This document shows positions 43,353 to 51,724 of a DNA stretch of 54,164 nt, piece after piece (the stretch's first letter is position 1; every line of letters starts with the position of its first letter). The stretch lies in IMG/VR virus record IMGVR_UViG_2829814883_000001, positions 1 to 54,164 of that record, one strand, 5' to 3'. This DNA is from a virus. The notes under the pieces are model-generated. The model was given only the letters and a program-made list of their open reading frames with translations, was not told the origin of the DNA and ran no database searches. The position numbers and the translations under genes were made by a program.

Positions 43353-43903
43353 GCCCCGCGCTTTCCGGAATCGCTTCATCCGGCGCTTCGACCGTGCCGG
43401 ACTTCAGCAGGCTTCACGGAGCCGGGTTCGTCCGCCTTATCGGCGACGACTTCGTGACCTGCCGCGCCGAGTTGGAGAGGCAGGTCGCGGCTCAACTCAA
43501 CGCCGCGCCCGATCTCGACATTCTGATCCGCCCTGCGGGGAGCGAGTTCCTAGTGGTGAGCCTTCGCACCCTGTTGCGCTTTCTCACGCTTGCGGACCTC
43601 CGCCAGTGTCTCGCCAAGCATCCGGTGCAGGCTTTCGAGTTCATCGCCGGTCATCTGGATCTGAACCGGCCAGGAATCCTTCTTGGTCTGGACCATCAGG
43701 GCTCCCGCCGCCTTGTCTTCGAGGACGGCGCTCCAGACGATTTTGTGAATGTCCATTGTGGTCTCCAATCGGTTGCTTCGGTTGGCGATTGCAAAGTGCG
43801 TGCGGGGTCCGAACCCGCACGCACCACTATAACCACCCCGGAGAGGGAGTCCCTCCAGGCCCCGGCAGCATCCACAGATGCCATGAAGGGAGACTCCCAA
43901 TGA
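43349..43903 (+). CDS. Hypothetical protein (184 aa); the 3' half is uncertain
   Basis: GAGG RBS and about 80 percent GC3 over 43349-43560. The first in-frame stop forms an ATGA overlap with the next gene start (43900). GC3 drops to about 60 percent after 43560, where an antisense 68-codon ORF also exists. Confidence 0.45.
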   Translation: MSPALSGIASSGASTVPDFSRLHGAGFVRLIGDDFVTCRAELERQVAAQLNAAPDLDILIRPAGSEFLVVSLRTLLRFLTLADLRQCLAKHPVQAFEFIAGHLDLNRPGILLGLDHQGSRRLVFEDGAPDDFVNVHCGLQSVASVGDCKVRAGSEPARTTITTPERESLQAPAASTDAMKGDSQ

Positions 43904-44328
43904 CCCCGCGCGACACCCACCGCGCCATCATCGCAGCCATGACCGGTCTCGACCCCGTTCTCGACGAACGGGTGCGCACCGCCGTCATCGAGAAGCTCGG
44001 CGACGATGCCTTCACCCTGAGCGATGCGGCTCTCGAGTTGATGGCGAACGAGTACCGTCGCTTGCTGGAGCAGCCCGCCCTGCCCTCCGAGAAACCAGTG
44101 TTCAAGGTCGGCGACATCGTCGTCATGACCAAGAACCGCACGGTCCGCCGCCGGATCGAGGCCATCAACACGGAAACATGGCTTTGGTCCTACCCCCACC
44201 TTGGCGAGTTCACGGCCGCCGGCGGGCCCAACCTCTTCAACAGCGATATCGAGACACTCGTCGATTTTGAGGTCGAGGCCCCAAACCACACCCCTCCCGC
44301 ATGCTTCTCCCCGTCCGCGAGGCACTGA
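43900..44328 (+). CDS. Hypothetical protein (142 aa)
   Basis: Internal ATG of track ORF 43171-44328 preceded by GGGAG. Plausible globular sequence. Confidence 0.6.
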   Translation: MTPRDTHRAIIAAMTGLDPVLDERVRTAVIEKLGDDAFTLSDAALELMANEYRRLLEQPALPSEKPVFKVGDIVVMTKNRTVRRRIEAINTETWLWSYPHLGEFTAAGGPNLFNSDIETLVDFEVEAPNHTPPACFSPSARH

Positions 44329-44573
44329 TGGCAAAGATCGCATTCATTCCGGAACTCGCGTTCGGCGTTCTCTCCCTGCGTGAGAAGGATGGCTCGATAG
44401 GTGAGGATATTCCCGCTTGGCTCATCGACGAGCCCGAGCTGCTCAAGGCGCTTCTTCTGCTTGCCGAACAAGGCGGAACGAAGGGGTCCGCGTTCAACCG
44501 TGCCGGCTTCTATGACGTCATCGTCGACACCGAAGCCCGCACCATCACCCAAGACGAGAGCCCCTACGCATGA
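44328..44573 (+). CDS. Hypothetical protein (81 aa)
   Basis: ATG overlaps the previous stop (TGATG). The track ORF begins at 44301. Confidence 0.5.
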   Translation: MAKIAFIPELAFGVLSLREKDGSIGEDIPAWLIDEPELLKALLLLAEQGGTKGSAFNRAGFYDVIVDTEARTITQDESPYA

Positions 44574-45181
44574 CCTGGATGGCTTCCGTTTCCGGTGCTT
44601 CGGTGGAGCTGCTCCACCCTAAGGCGGACGAGGTGAATTTCCGCGACATGGCCACCGCCCTGTCGCAGATCAACCGCTATAACGGCCGCACCGCCAAGAT
44701 CGTCAGCGTCGCGCAGCACCTGATCATCGGCTGCGAGATCGCCCCGCCGGAGCTGCGCCCCTGGTGGCTCTTGCATGACGCTCACGAGGAGCGGACCGGG
44801 GACATGACCACCCCGGCCAAGGAAACCTACGCCGCCCTGGCCATCGAAATGTTCGGCCCTCCGGCGGCGCAGATGGTCGAGAGGCTGCGCCAGGAATTCG
44901 AGCGCCGCCACGACGCCGTGATCCATCAGGCCGCGGGCCTGCCCCTGCCGACCAAGGCCCAGAAAATCGAGATCAAGCGGGTCGACTGGATCGCGCTCGC
45001 CACCGAGCGCCGCGACTTCTGCGCGATCCAGCAACGGCCATGGTGGCTCGATCAATACCAGATCCAGCCGCATTCGCGCTCCTACCAGCCGATGAAGCCC
45101 GACAAGGCCGCCCAGCAGCTCTACGACCTCTTCTGCATCTATCTGCCGGCCCTGTCCGGCGCCAACGGCCGCGCGGCCTAA
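44570..45181 (+). CDS. HD-domain-like metal-dependent phosphohydrolase
   Basis: 203 aa with ATGA coupling. H...HD signature: VAQHLIIG...LLHDAHEERTGD. Confidence 0.5.
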   Translation: MTWMASVSGASVELLHPKADEVNFRDMATALSQINRYNGRTAKIVSVAQHLIIGCEIAPPELRPWWLLHDAHEERTGDMTTPAKETYAALAIEMFGPPAAQMVERLRQEFERRHDAVIHQAAGLPLPTKAQKIEIKRVDWIALATERRDFCAIQQRPWWLDQYQIQPHSRSYQPMKPDKAAQQLYDLFCIYLPALSGANGRAA

Positions 45182-45199
45182 CCTCCCTGGAGTGCCTCC

Positions 45200-45556
45200 A
45201 TGTCTACCCGCCCCATCCGTAAGTTCGACACGCTTCTCGGCACGGTCAATCGCGGCCGCTTCGCCGAGAAATGCGACGAGCACCTGACCACCGCGCTCGA
45301 GACCCTGGAGGCCCTGCCCAACGAGAAGGGCACCGCCACCATTACGGTCACCGTGACCCTCACCTACGATTCCGGCCGCATCGACGTGAAGCCCGCCGTG
45401 AAGTCGAAGCTGCCCGAGGAGAAGGCTTTCTCCCCCACCCCGTTCTGGGCCTTCGAGGGCGGGCTCTCGGTGCAGCACCCGAGCCAGATGGACATGTTCG
45501 GCGGGCCGCGCGTCGCCGCCGACCAGGACCGCGATCGCGACCGCGATTTCGCCTGA
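45200..45556 (+). CDS. Hypothetical protein (118 aa) with a C-terminal DRDRDRD tail
   Basis: Coherent ORF. No family recognised. Confidence 0.55.
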   Translation: MSTRPIRKFDTLLGTVNRGRFAEKCDEHLTTALETLEALPNEKGTATITVTVTLTYDSGRIDVKPAVKSKLPEEKAFSPTPFWAFEGGLSVQHPSQMDMFGGPRVAADQDRDRDRDFA

Positions 45557-45587
45557 TCCCACCCTCGACACGCAAGGAAACCTCAAC

Positions 45588-46574
45588 ATGGAAGAACCGA
45601 AGAACGAAGGGCTGCGCGGCGAGAGCATCAAGGCCCTCGAAGTCGCAGGATCGCCCGCCAACCTCATCCCCAGCCACGGTGAAGGCATCCAGGCCATCAT
45701 CGACCTCGCCGACAATGCCGCGGGCTACGAGCTGCTCGTGATGCCGACGAAGGGCCTGGGCGATGGCCTTCCGGAGAACGTGCCGCTCCTCGTCGACCGC
45801 CGCCCCGGCGGCAAGGTGGAGAGCATCAAGAAGCAGATCGAGGACTATCGCCTCACGCCGGAGCGGCGCAAGGGCACGGCGACCGTCACGACGCTCCAGT
45901 CCTTCATCGCTCTGACGAACCGCCACAAAGACGAAGGCTCCGCGATCTTCGGCAAGACATCCTGGCCCGAGCCCAAGCTCACCGCCGTAATCGACTATCA
46001 CGATGAAGCCAACGCCCCGCGCCGCTGCGAGCACCGCATCGTCTATTCGTTCCCGCTCACGGACGAAATCAAGACCTGGATCGATCTCAACGGGAAGATG
46101 ATGGAGCAATCCGACTTCGCGGCCTTCCTGGAAGAGCATGCCGCCGAACTCGCCTCCCCCTTCGACGGAGAGACATCGGAATACGAGCGCCTGTTCAAGG
46201 AGCGCTTCTCGAACCCGATCGAGCTCATCAACCTCTCGCGGCATCTGGAGGTCCACGTCGGCGCCAAGGTGAAGCGCGCAGAACGCCTGCAGACCGGCGA
46301 GCGCACCGTCGAGTTCGTCGAGGAGCACCTGAACGGAGCTGGCGAGAAGGTCGATATCCCCGGCATCTTCATGGTGTCCGTGCGTGCCTTCATGGATGGC
46401 GAGCCGGTCCGCATCCCGGCGCGCCTGCGCTACCGGCTCAGCGGCGGCACGATCAAGTGGTTCTACCAGCTCTACCGCTGGGAGTTCTTCCTGCGCGAGC
46501 GCGTGCAAGCCGATCTCGAAGAGGCCGGCAAGGAAACCGGACTGCCTGTCTTCGAGGGCCAGCCCGAACAATAA
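45588..46574 (+). CDS. DUF2303 (YfdQ-like) family protein
   Basis: 328 aa. The overall pattern (…TLQSFIALTNRHKD…IVYSFPLTDE…W…F…FLEE) recalls the YfdQ/DUF2303 prophage proteins. Confidence 0.6.
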   Translation: MEEPKNEGLRGESIKALEVAGSPANLIPSHGEGIQAIIDLADNAAGYELLVMPTKGLGDGLPENVPLLVDRRPGGKVESIKKQIEDYRLTPERRKGTATVTTLQSFIALTNRHKDEGSAIFGKTSWPEPKLTAVIDYHDEANAPRRCEHRIVYSFPLTDEIKTWIDLNGKMMEQSDFAAFLEEHAAELASPFDGETSEYERLFKERFSNPIELINLSRHLEVHVGAKVKRAERLQTGERTVEFVEEHLNGAGEKVDIPGIFMVSVRAFMDGEPVRIPARLRYRLSGGTIKWFYQLYRWEFFLRERVQADLEEAGKETGLPVFEGQPEQ

Positions 46575-46581
46575 GCCATGC

Positions 46582-46610
46582 GGGCGGGCCTCCCGGCCCG
46601 CTCCCCTTTT
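46582..46610 (+). terminator. Hairpin plus short T-run between the DUF2303 gene and dnaN (attenuator candidate)
   Basis: gggcgggcc tccc ggcccgctc followed by ccctttt. Confidence 0.35.
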
Positions 46611-46626
46611 CGAGAACAGGTCTCCC

Positions 46627-47745
46627 ATGAAGCTCACCGCGACCCGCGCCGCCCTGCTCAAGCAGCTCGGCAACATCACCCGCATCGTCGAGAAGCGGAA
46701 CACGATTCCGATCCTCTCCAACGTGAAGCTGACGGCCGAGGGCGCGCGTCTCGGCATCGAAGGCACGGATCTAGACCGCACCGCCATCGGCGATTGCGCG
46801 GCGCAGATCGCGACACCAGGCACGCTCACCGCGCCCGCCGCCATGCTGCACGACATCGTGCGCAAGCTGCCCGAAGGCGAGATCAGCCTGGAGGCGAGCG
46901 ACGCCACGCTCACCGTCAAGGCGGGCCGCTCGCGCTTCCAGCTGCAGATTCTTCCCTCCGAGGATTATCCGGACCTTGCCATAGGCCCGATGAGCCACCG
47001 ATTCGAGATCGCGGGCCCGGCCCTGCTGCGCCTGATCGACGATGCGCAGTTCGCCATCTCCACCGAGGAGACGCGCTTCTACCTCAACGGCATTTACCTC
47101 CACACCGTCGACGCCGAGCGCACGCTCCTGCGCGCCGTCGCGACGGACGGCCACCGGCTGGCGCGGATCGAGATGGAGGCTCCGGAGGGTGCACAGGGCA
47201 TGCCGGGCGTGATCGTGCCCCGCAAGACCGTCGCCGAAGTCGTGCGGCTCCTGAAGGATCACGCGGACGAGGAGCACGGCCGGGTGACGGTCGAGCTGTC
47301 GCCGCAGAAGATCCGCTTCTCCATCGCCGGGATCGTGCTGATCTCGAAGCTGATCGACGGCACCTTCCCGGATTATCAGCGCGTCATCCCGCAGGCGAAC
47401 GACAAGCGCCTCACCGTCGAGACGCCCGCCCTGGTGGCGGCGGTGGACCGCGTCTCCACGGTCTCGGGCGAATCCCGCCGCGCGCTCAGGATGGCGATCG
47501 ACGAGGGCCGGATCACGCTCACCGTGCGGGATCCCGATCACGGCGAGGCCACCGAGGAGGTCGAGGCCGATTACGACGGCCCCTCCGTCGAGATCGGCTT
47601 CAACGCCCGCTACCTCGCCGAGATCCTCTCGCATGCGGGCGGCGACACCGTCCTGATCAAGATCGACAACGCCGGCGCGCCGGCCGTGTTCACGAGCCGC
47701 GAGGGTGCGCCCGCGCTGTTCGTCCTGATGCCCATGCGCGTCTGA
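46627..47745 (+). CDS. dnaN: DNA polymerase III beta subunit (sliding clamp), phage-encoded
   Basis: Internal ATG 46627 of track ORF 46384-47745 gives 372 aa. Full-length DnaN pattern: NTIPILSNVKL...ATDGHRLA...PRK...LIDGTFPDYQRVIP...LMPMRV. Confidence 0.9.
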   Translation: MKLTATRAALLKQLGNITRIVEKRNTIPILSNVKLTAEGARLGIEGTDLDRTAIGDCAAQIATPGTLTAPAAMLHDIVRKLPEGEISLEASDATLTVKAGRSRFQLQILPSEDYPDLAIGPMSHRFEIAGPALLRLIDDAQFAISTEETRFYLNGIYLHTVDAERTLLRAVATDGHRLARIEMEAPEGAQGMPGVIVPRKTVAEVVRLLKDHADEEHGRVTVELSPQKIRFSIAGIVLISKLIDGTFPDYQRVIPQANDKRLTVETPALVAAVDRVSTVSGESRRALRMAIDEGRITLTVRDPDHGEATEEVEADYDGPSVEIGFNARYLAEILSHAGGDTVLIKIDNAGAPAVFTSREGAPALFVLMPMRV

Positions 47746-47771
47746 CGCGCCTTTGAACCAGGAGACGAGCG

Positions 47772-48020
47772 ATGACCTCCAAGCACTCCCTTCTCAGCAG
47801 CAAGCGGCAGCAGAGCCTCGATACTCTCCGCAAGGCGGTGAAGCACCACCGCGGCGTAGGTCAGGCCCGGAGCGCCGCCGTCAGAGCCACGTCCCGCCTG
47901 CTCGCCCTCGAAGTCGCCGCAGCGAGCGAGGCCAAGGCCCGCGCCAGGCGCGCGGAGACGGCCCGGCAGCGCCGCGCGGTGCAGGACTCGGCCGATCTGT
48001 TCCAGGGACTCCACGCATGA
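47772..48020 (+). CDS. Hypothetical basic helical protein (82 aa)
   Basis: GGAG RBS and a coherent frame. Confidence 0.5.
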   Translation: MTSKHSLLSSKRQQSLDTLRKAVKHHRGVGQARSAAVRATSRLLALEVAAASEAKARARRAETARQRRAVQDSADLFQGLHA

Positions 48021-48130
48021 AGACCCTTGTCTCCTTCATCATCATCGGCCTGATCGCGACCCTGTGCCTTGCGGGCCTGACGTCGTGGCTCTGGCCGGTC
48101 AAAACCGGAAAGGACCGCACCGATGGTTAG
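48017..48130 (+). CDS. Small single-TM peptide (37 aa)
   Basis: ATGA overlap with the previous stop. MKTLVSFIIIGLIATLCLAGLTSWLW. It is under the 60-aa track threshold as a separate ORF. Confidence 0.4.
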   Translation: MKTLVSFIIIGLIATLCLAGLTSWLWPVKTGKDRTDG

Positions 48131-48434
48131 CCCCTCCGCCCTCTCCGCCGCCCGCACCGCGCCGGACCGCCGCGAGCGCATCCGGCTCATGGCGGAAACC
48201 ATGCGCGAGCGCGCCGCCACCGACGGCGCCTGCGACCGCAACGCCTTACGCGCCGAAGGCTTCACCGAGGCCGAGATCGTCTCTTACGCCGACGACGCCC
48301 GCGCGCTCCTCTCGGATCGCCAACACGCCCTCCGCGTGCGCCTCTCCCCCGGCAAGCGGGAAGGACTCGCCCTCGTGAAGCTCGCCCGCCGCATCAGGCG
48401 GTGCCAGCAAAGCAAGGAGGTGGCCCGTGGATAA
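48123..48434 (+). CDS. Hypothetical protein (103 aa)
   Basis: Track ORF that overlaps the neighbouring genes by a few nt at each end. Confidence 0.5.
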   Translation: MVSPSALSAARTAPDRRERIRLMAETMRERAATDGACDRNALRAEGFTEAEIVSYADDARALLSDRQHALRVRLSPGKREGLALVKLARRIRRCQQSKEVARG

Positions 48435-48600
48435 TCATGTGCTCGACTTCGAAGACTGCCCTGATGACGATTGCTGGAATTGCGGTGGGAGCGGCATCGT
48501 GTGCTCCTGCATCGACCAAATCGGCTGCGTTGATCCAGAGGGTGGGTGTGAGTATTGCAAGCGCCCCTGCGATATTTGCAGCGGAGGCTCCAATGGCTGA
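48427..48600 (+). CDS. Cys-rich mini-protein (57 aa, 10 Cys) with a CxxCxGxG zinc-finger-like motif, GTG start
   Basis: Not in the track. AAGGAGG lies 6 nt upstream of GTG 48427. It reads VDNHVLDFEDCPDDDCWNCGGSGIVCSCIDQIGCVDPEGGCEYCKRPCDICSGGSNG. Its GC3 is higher than that of the overlapping track frame. Confidence 0.5.
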   Translation: MDNHVLDFEDCPDDDCWNCGGSGIVCSCIDQIGCVDPEGGCEYCKRPCDICSGGSNG

Positions 48601-48922
48601 CCGCAGCACACGTGAGCGCCTGCCGAACCGCCGCCCCTCGGAGTCCTTCGACTTCGAGCACGGCGGCATCATCTACCGGGCAGAGTACTCCCGCTATCCC
48701 GACGGTCGCGTGGCCGAGATCTTCGTGAACGGCGAGAAGGTCGATTCCGCGACTGATATCGCCATGCGCGATTGCGCCATCATTCTCTCCTTCGCCCTGC
48801 AGCACGGCGCCACCATCGACCAGATCCTGCCTGCGCTGACCCGCGGTCACGACGAGCGCCCGCTGGGTCCCATGGGCAAGCTGCTTGAGCAGATCCAGGA
48901 GATGGAGAGGACCGGCGCATGA
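48593..48922 (+). CDS. Hypothetical protein (109 aa) resembling the stand-alone TSCPD / class II RNR C-terminal segment but lacking its Cys motifs
   Basis: Internal ATG 48593 after GGAGG. RERLPNRRPSESFDFEHGGIIYRAEY...DGRVAEIFVNGEKVDS...AIILSFALQHG. Confidence 0.5.
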   Translation: MADRSTRERLPNRRPSESFDFEHGGIIYRAEYSRYPDGRVAEIFVNGEKVDSATDIAMRDCAIILSFALQHGATIDQILPALTRGHDERPLGPMGKLLEQIQEMERTGA

Positions 48923-49182
48923 GGACCTCCGGCTGCACCGTCGACCGCGCCATCTATGAACGCCGCATCGCGCAACTCGCGGGGCAATGCGGCGCTCTGG
49001 TCGCGATCCTGGAGCAGCTCAGCGACGACATGAAGGCCTACCACCCGGACATGCACCCGGTGGTGCGCGCCAACCTCGACCTCTTCACCGTCTACAAGGA
49101 CACCCTCGTCGCGCAGCCCGCCAATCAGGCGCGCGCGAGGGCAATCATCGCCGAGATCGACAGCCAAGGAGCCGATGCATGA
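48919..49182 (+). CDS. Hypothetical protein (87 aa)
   Basis: ATGA coupling at both ends. Confidence 0.5.
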   Translation: MRTSGCTVDRAIYERRIAQLAGQCGALVAILEQLSDDMKAYHPDMHPVVRANLDLFTVYKDTLVAQPANQARARAIIAEIDSQGADA

Positions 49183-49409
49183 TTGCCGCTCTCCCTGCTC
49201 CCTATGCCTTCCCGATCGGCGCAGCGGTCCGCGCCGGATCGCATCGCGGCGTGGTGGTGGCGCAGCCGGGCCCCTACTCCGTCCGGATCCGAGAGACAGA
49301 CGGACGCATGCTCACGGCCAGCACGACCGATCTGGAGTTCGATTCCGAACCGGCCCGCGCGGAAGCCCTCGCTCCCGCCGAAGCGCCCGACTTGTTCTCC
49401 CTGCTTTGA
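49179..49409 (+). CDS. Hypothetical protein (76 aa)
   Basis: Internal ATG of track ORF 48987-49409, with ATGA coupling. Confidence 0.45.
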   Translation: MIAALPAPYAFPIGAAVRAGSHRGVVVAQPGPYSVRIRETDGRMLTASTTDLEFDSEPARAEALAPAEAPDLFSLL

Positions 49410-49420
49410 GAGGATGTCCC

Positions 49421-49741
49421 ATGGCTGTCTATGTCGACGACGTGAAGATTCCTTACCGGGGCATGATCATGTGCCACATGTTCGCGGATACCCGCGAGGA
49501 GCTGCACGCCATGGCCGATAAGATCGGCGTGCGCCGCAAGTGGTTTCAGTGCCCGCCGAAGGCGCGGTGGGAGCATTACGACATCTGCCGCACGAAACGC
49601 GCCGCCGCGATCCGCCACGGCGCCATCGCCACCGACCGCTACGGTGCATCCGAATTCCTCTCCAGGAAGAAACGCGACCAAAAGATGCTCGACCGCCTCG
49701 CGCATGTCCGCGCCCCAAAAGCAGAGCCGCTGCTGCTCTGA
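49421..49741 (+). CDS. DUF4031 family protein
   Basis: MAVYVDD....Y.GM.MCHM.AD...ELH.MA..IG....W.Q......HYD is the DUF4031 signature. Confidence 0.7.
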   Translation: MAVYVDDVKIPYRGMIMCHMFADTREELHAMADKIGVRRKWFQCPPKARWEHYDICRTKRAAAIRHGAIATDRYGASEFLSRKKRDQKMLDRLAHVRAPKAEPLLL

Positions 49742-49752
49742 AAGGAAAGACC

Positions 49753-50580
49753 ATGACCGAGACACAGACAGAGGTGAAACTGCGTACGACGCAGGAATTG
49801 CGTGAAAGGCTGCGCGAGCTTTCCGATGTGCGAGGGAGCGACGATTACGACCGAGCGGTGGTTATGCTGCTCGATGACTTCGAGCGCATGTCTGCCGTCA
49901 TCGCCTCACAGTCCGCAGAGATAGAGCGGTTGAACGTGGAACGACAGACGTTGCGCGATAACGGCATTGCCTCGCACACCGACGCGGTTGCGGAAATTCT
50001 AACCCTTCGCCACCGCGCCCTCGCGGCCGAGGCAAAGCTAGAGGAAGCCAAGAAGGAGTTTGAGTCGTATCTTTCCGGTTTGACGCGTCAATCACGACGG
50101 GTTCGTAATTTTTCCAATCAAGACGAAGTGTTTGAAGCCGTCCCCCTCGCCCTCCTGTCTCCAGAGATAGAGCGGCGGTCGTATGACGCTCACCTTGAGT
50201 TAGGGGAAGCCAGGAAGGCGCTGGGGAGTAAGGCCGCCCAAGATGTTCTTGCCGAGCGCCGTCGTCAGATCGAAGTTGAGGGGTGGACGGCGGAACATGA
50301 CGACCAATACCGAAACGGCGAACTTGCTAAAGCGGCCGTTTGTTATGCGCTGGCCGCCATTTGGCCGGATACTGCGGCCAGGGCTGATATGGAACAGGAT
50401 GGCTGGCTCGGAACGCCGTTTACGATCCTGCAACTTTGGCCTTGGGACCGGAAGTGGTGGAAGCCTAAGACCCGCCGCGCGGACCTCGTGAAGAGTGCAG
50501 CCCTCGCTCTTGCGGCGATTGAACGTCTCGACCGCGCCGCCCTCCTGTCTCCAGAGGCAAAGGAGACGAGCCATGGGTGA
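49753..50580 (+). CDS. Hypothetical protein (275 aa): coiled-coil N-terminal half plus a conserved phage C-domain (EGWT.EHDD...WPW..KWWKP)
   Basis: Internal ATG 49753. Lower-GC segment. The C-domain is flanked by a 19-bp direct repeat. Confidence 0.55.
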   Translation: MTETQTEVKLRTTQELRERLRELSDVRGSDDYDRAVVMLLDDFERMSAVIASQSAEIERLNVERQTLRDNGIASHTDAVAEILTLRHRALAAEAKLEEAKKEFESYLSGLTRQSRRVRNFSNQDEVFEAVPLALLSPEIERRSYDAHLELGEARKALGSKAAQDVLAERRRQIEVEGWTAEHDDQYRNGELAKAAVCYALAAIWPDTAARADMEQDGWLGTPFTILQLWPWDRKWWKPKTRRADLVKSAALALAAIERLDRAALLSPEAKETSHG

Positions 50581-51724
50581 CAACACCGCAATCGAATGGA
50601 CGAACGCGACCTGGAATCCGACGGTTGGCTGCACCATCGTGTCGCCGGGCTGCACGAACTGCTACGCCATGGGACAGGCGGCGCGGCTTCTCGATGGAAA
50701 CCCCGCGACGCCGCATTACAAAGACACCACGCGCCGGGTGAACGGCAACGCGGTCTGGACCGGCAAGCTGGCGCTCGCTCCCGACGACATCCTGCTGCAG
50801 CCGCTGAAGTGGAAGCGGCCGCGCATGATCTTCGTAAACTCCATGTCCGACCTCTTCCACGAGAGCGTCCCTGACGAGTGGATCGACGAGGTCTTCGCCG
50901 TCATGGCGCTCGCTCCGCAGCATACCTTCCAGGTGCTGACGAAGCGTGCTGACCGGATGCAGAGCTACTTCCAGGGCATGAGAGAATCCGGGTTTGGAGC
51001 CAAGCGAGACCCACGACCCGAGATCCTCAATGAAATGGACAAGCTCTGGCCGGGAAGCTGGAAGAATTTCGATCTGGGGGCCTTCCCGCTCGACAATGTC
51101 TGGTTAGGCGTATCGGTCGAGGATCAAGCGCGCGCTAACGAACGGATTCCGGCCCTCCTCGACACACCCGCCGCGATCCGCTTCGTTTCGGTCGAGCCAC
51201 TGCTGGGGCCGATTGATTTCAGATCCATCGACGCGGATGGCGAAAGCGTGATGGACGTTCTCTATCCCCGCACATGGGAGGAGGAATGGGAGGATTGGAG
51301 GGACACGGAACCGACTGAGGAGCAAGCCCGCGAATCCTTTTTTGACTGGTTCAGCCTGGGGACGATGCCGACCGGGAGAATGCACCACAGGCTTGATTGG
51401 GTGATCGTCGGCGGAGAGAGCGGACCCGGCGCACGGCCGATGCACCCGGATTGGGCCCGCTCGATCCGCGACCAATGCACGGCCGCCGGAGTCCCGTTCT
51501 TCTTCAAGCAATGGGGTGCATGGAATCCCGTCAAGGTTGTCGACCATGGCGACGGTCCGTTCGGGGTCGGCGCCGGCGGCGATCCACTGCTGACCTACCC
51601 GAACATTCCAGCCTACCCGTCCATCCGCCTCGGAGAGCAGGAGATGTGGCGCGTCGGCAAGAAGCGCGCGGGCCGCCTGCTCGACGGGATCGAGCACAAC
51701 GCCATGCCGGGAGACACCGCATGA
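50573..51724 (+). CDS. Phage Gp37/Gp68 family protein (DUF5131) with an acidic insertion
   Basis: AIEWTNATWNPTVGCTIVSPGCTNCYA is the family N-terminal signature. C-terminus WVIVGGESGPGARPMHPDWARSIRDQC...PFFFKQWG. Confidence 0.8.
   Translation: MGDNTAIEWTNATWNPTVGCTIVSPGCTNCYAMGQAARLLDGNPATPHYKDTTRRVNGNAVWTGKLALAPDDILLQPLKWKRPRMIFVNSMSDLFHESVPDEWIDEVFAVMALAPQHTFQVLTKRADRMQSYFQGMRESGFGAKRDPRPEILNEMDKLWPGSWKNFDLGAFPLDNVWLGVSVEDQARANERIPALLDTPAAIRFVSVEPLLGPIDFRSIDADGESVMDVLYPRTWEEEWEDWRDTEPTEEQARESFFDWFSLGTMPTGRMHHRLDWVIVGGESGPGARPMHPDWARSIRDQCTAAGVPFFFKQWGAWNPVKVVDHGDGPFGVGAGGDPLLTYPNIPAYPSIRLGEQEMWRVGKKRAGRLLDGIEHNAMPGDTA

Noticed and set aside
43550-43756. 68-codon minus-strand ORF with GGAG RBS (MDIHKIVWSAVLEDK...)
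   Set aside because: I did not list it as a feature because it lies wholly antisense inside the 43349-43903 ORF, whose stop is coupled by ATGA to the next gene. Its higher GC3 means it may still be the real gene, so I kept it as an open question in the findings.
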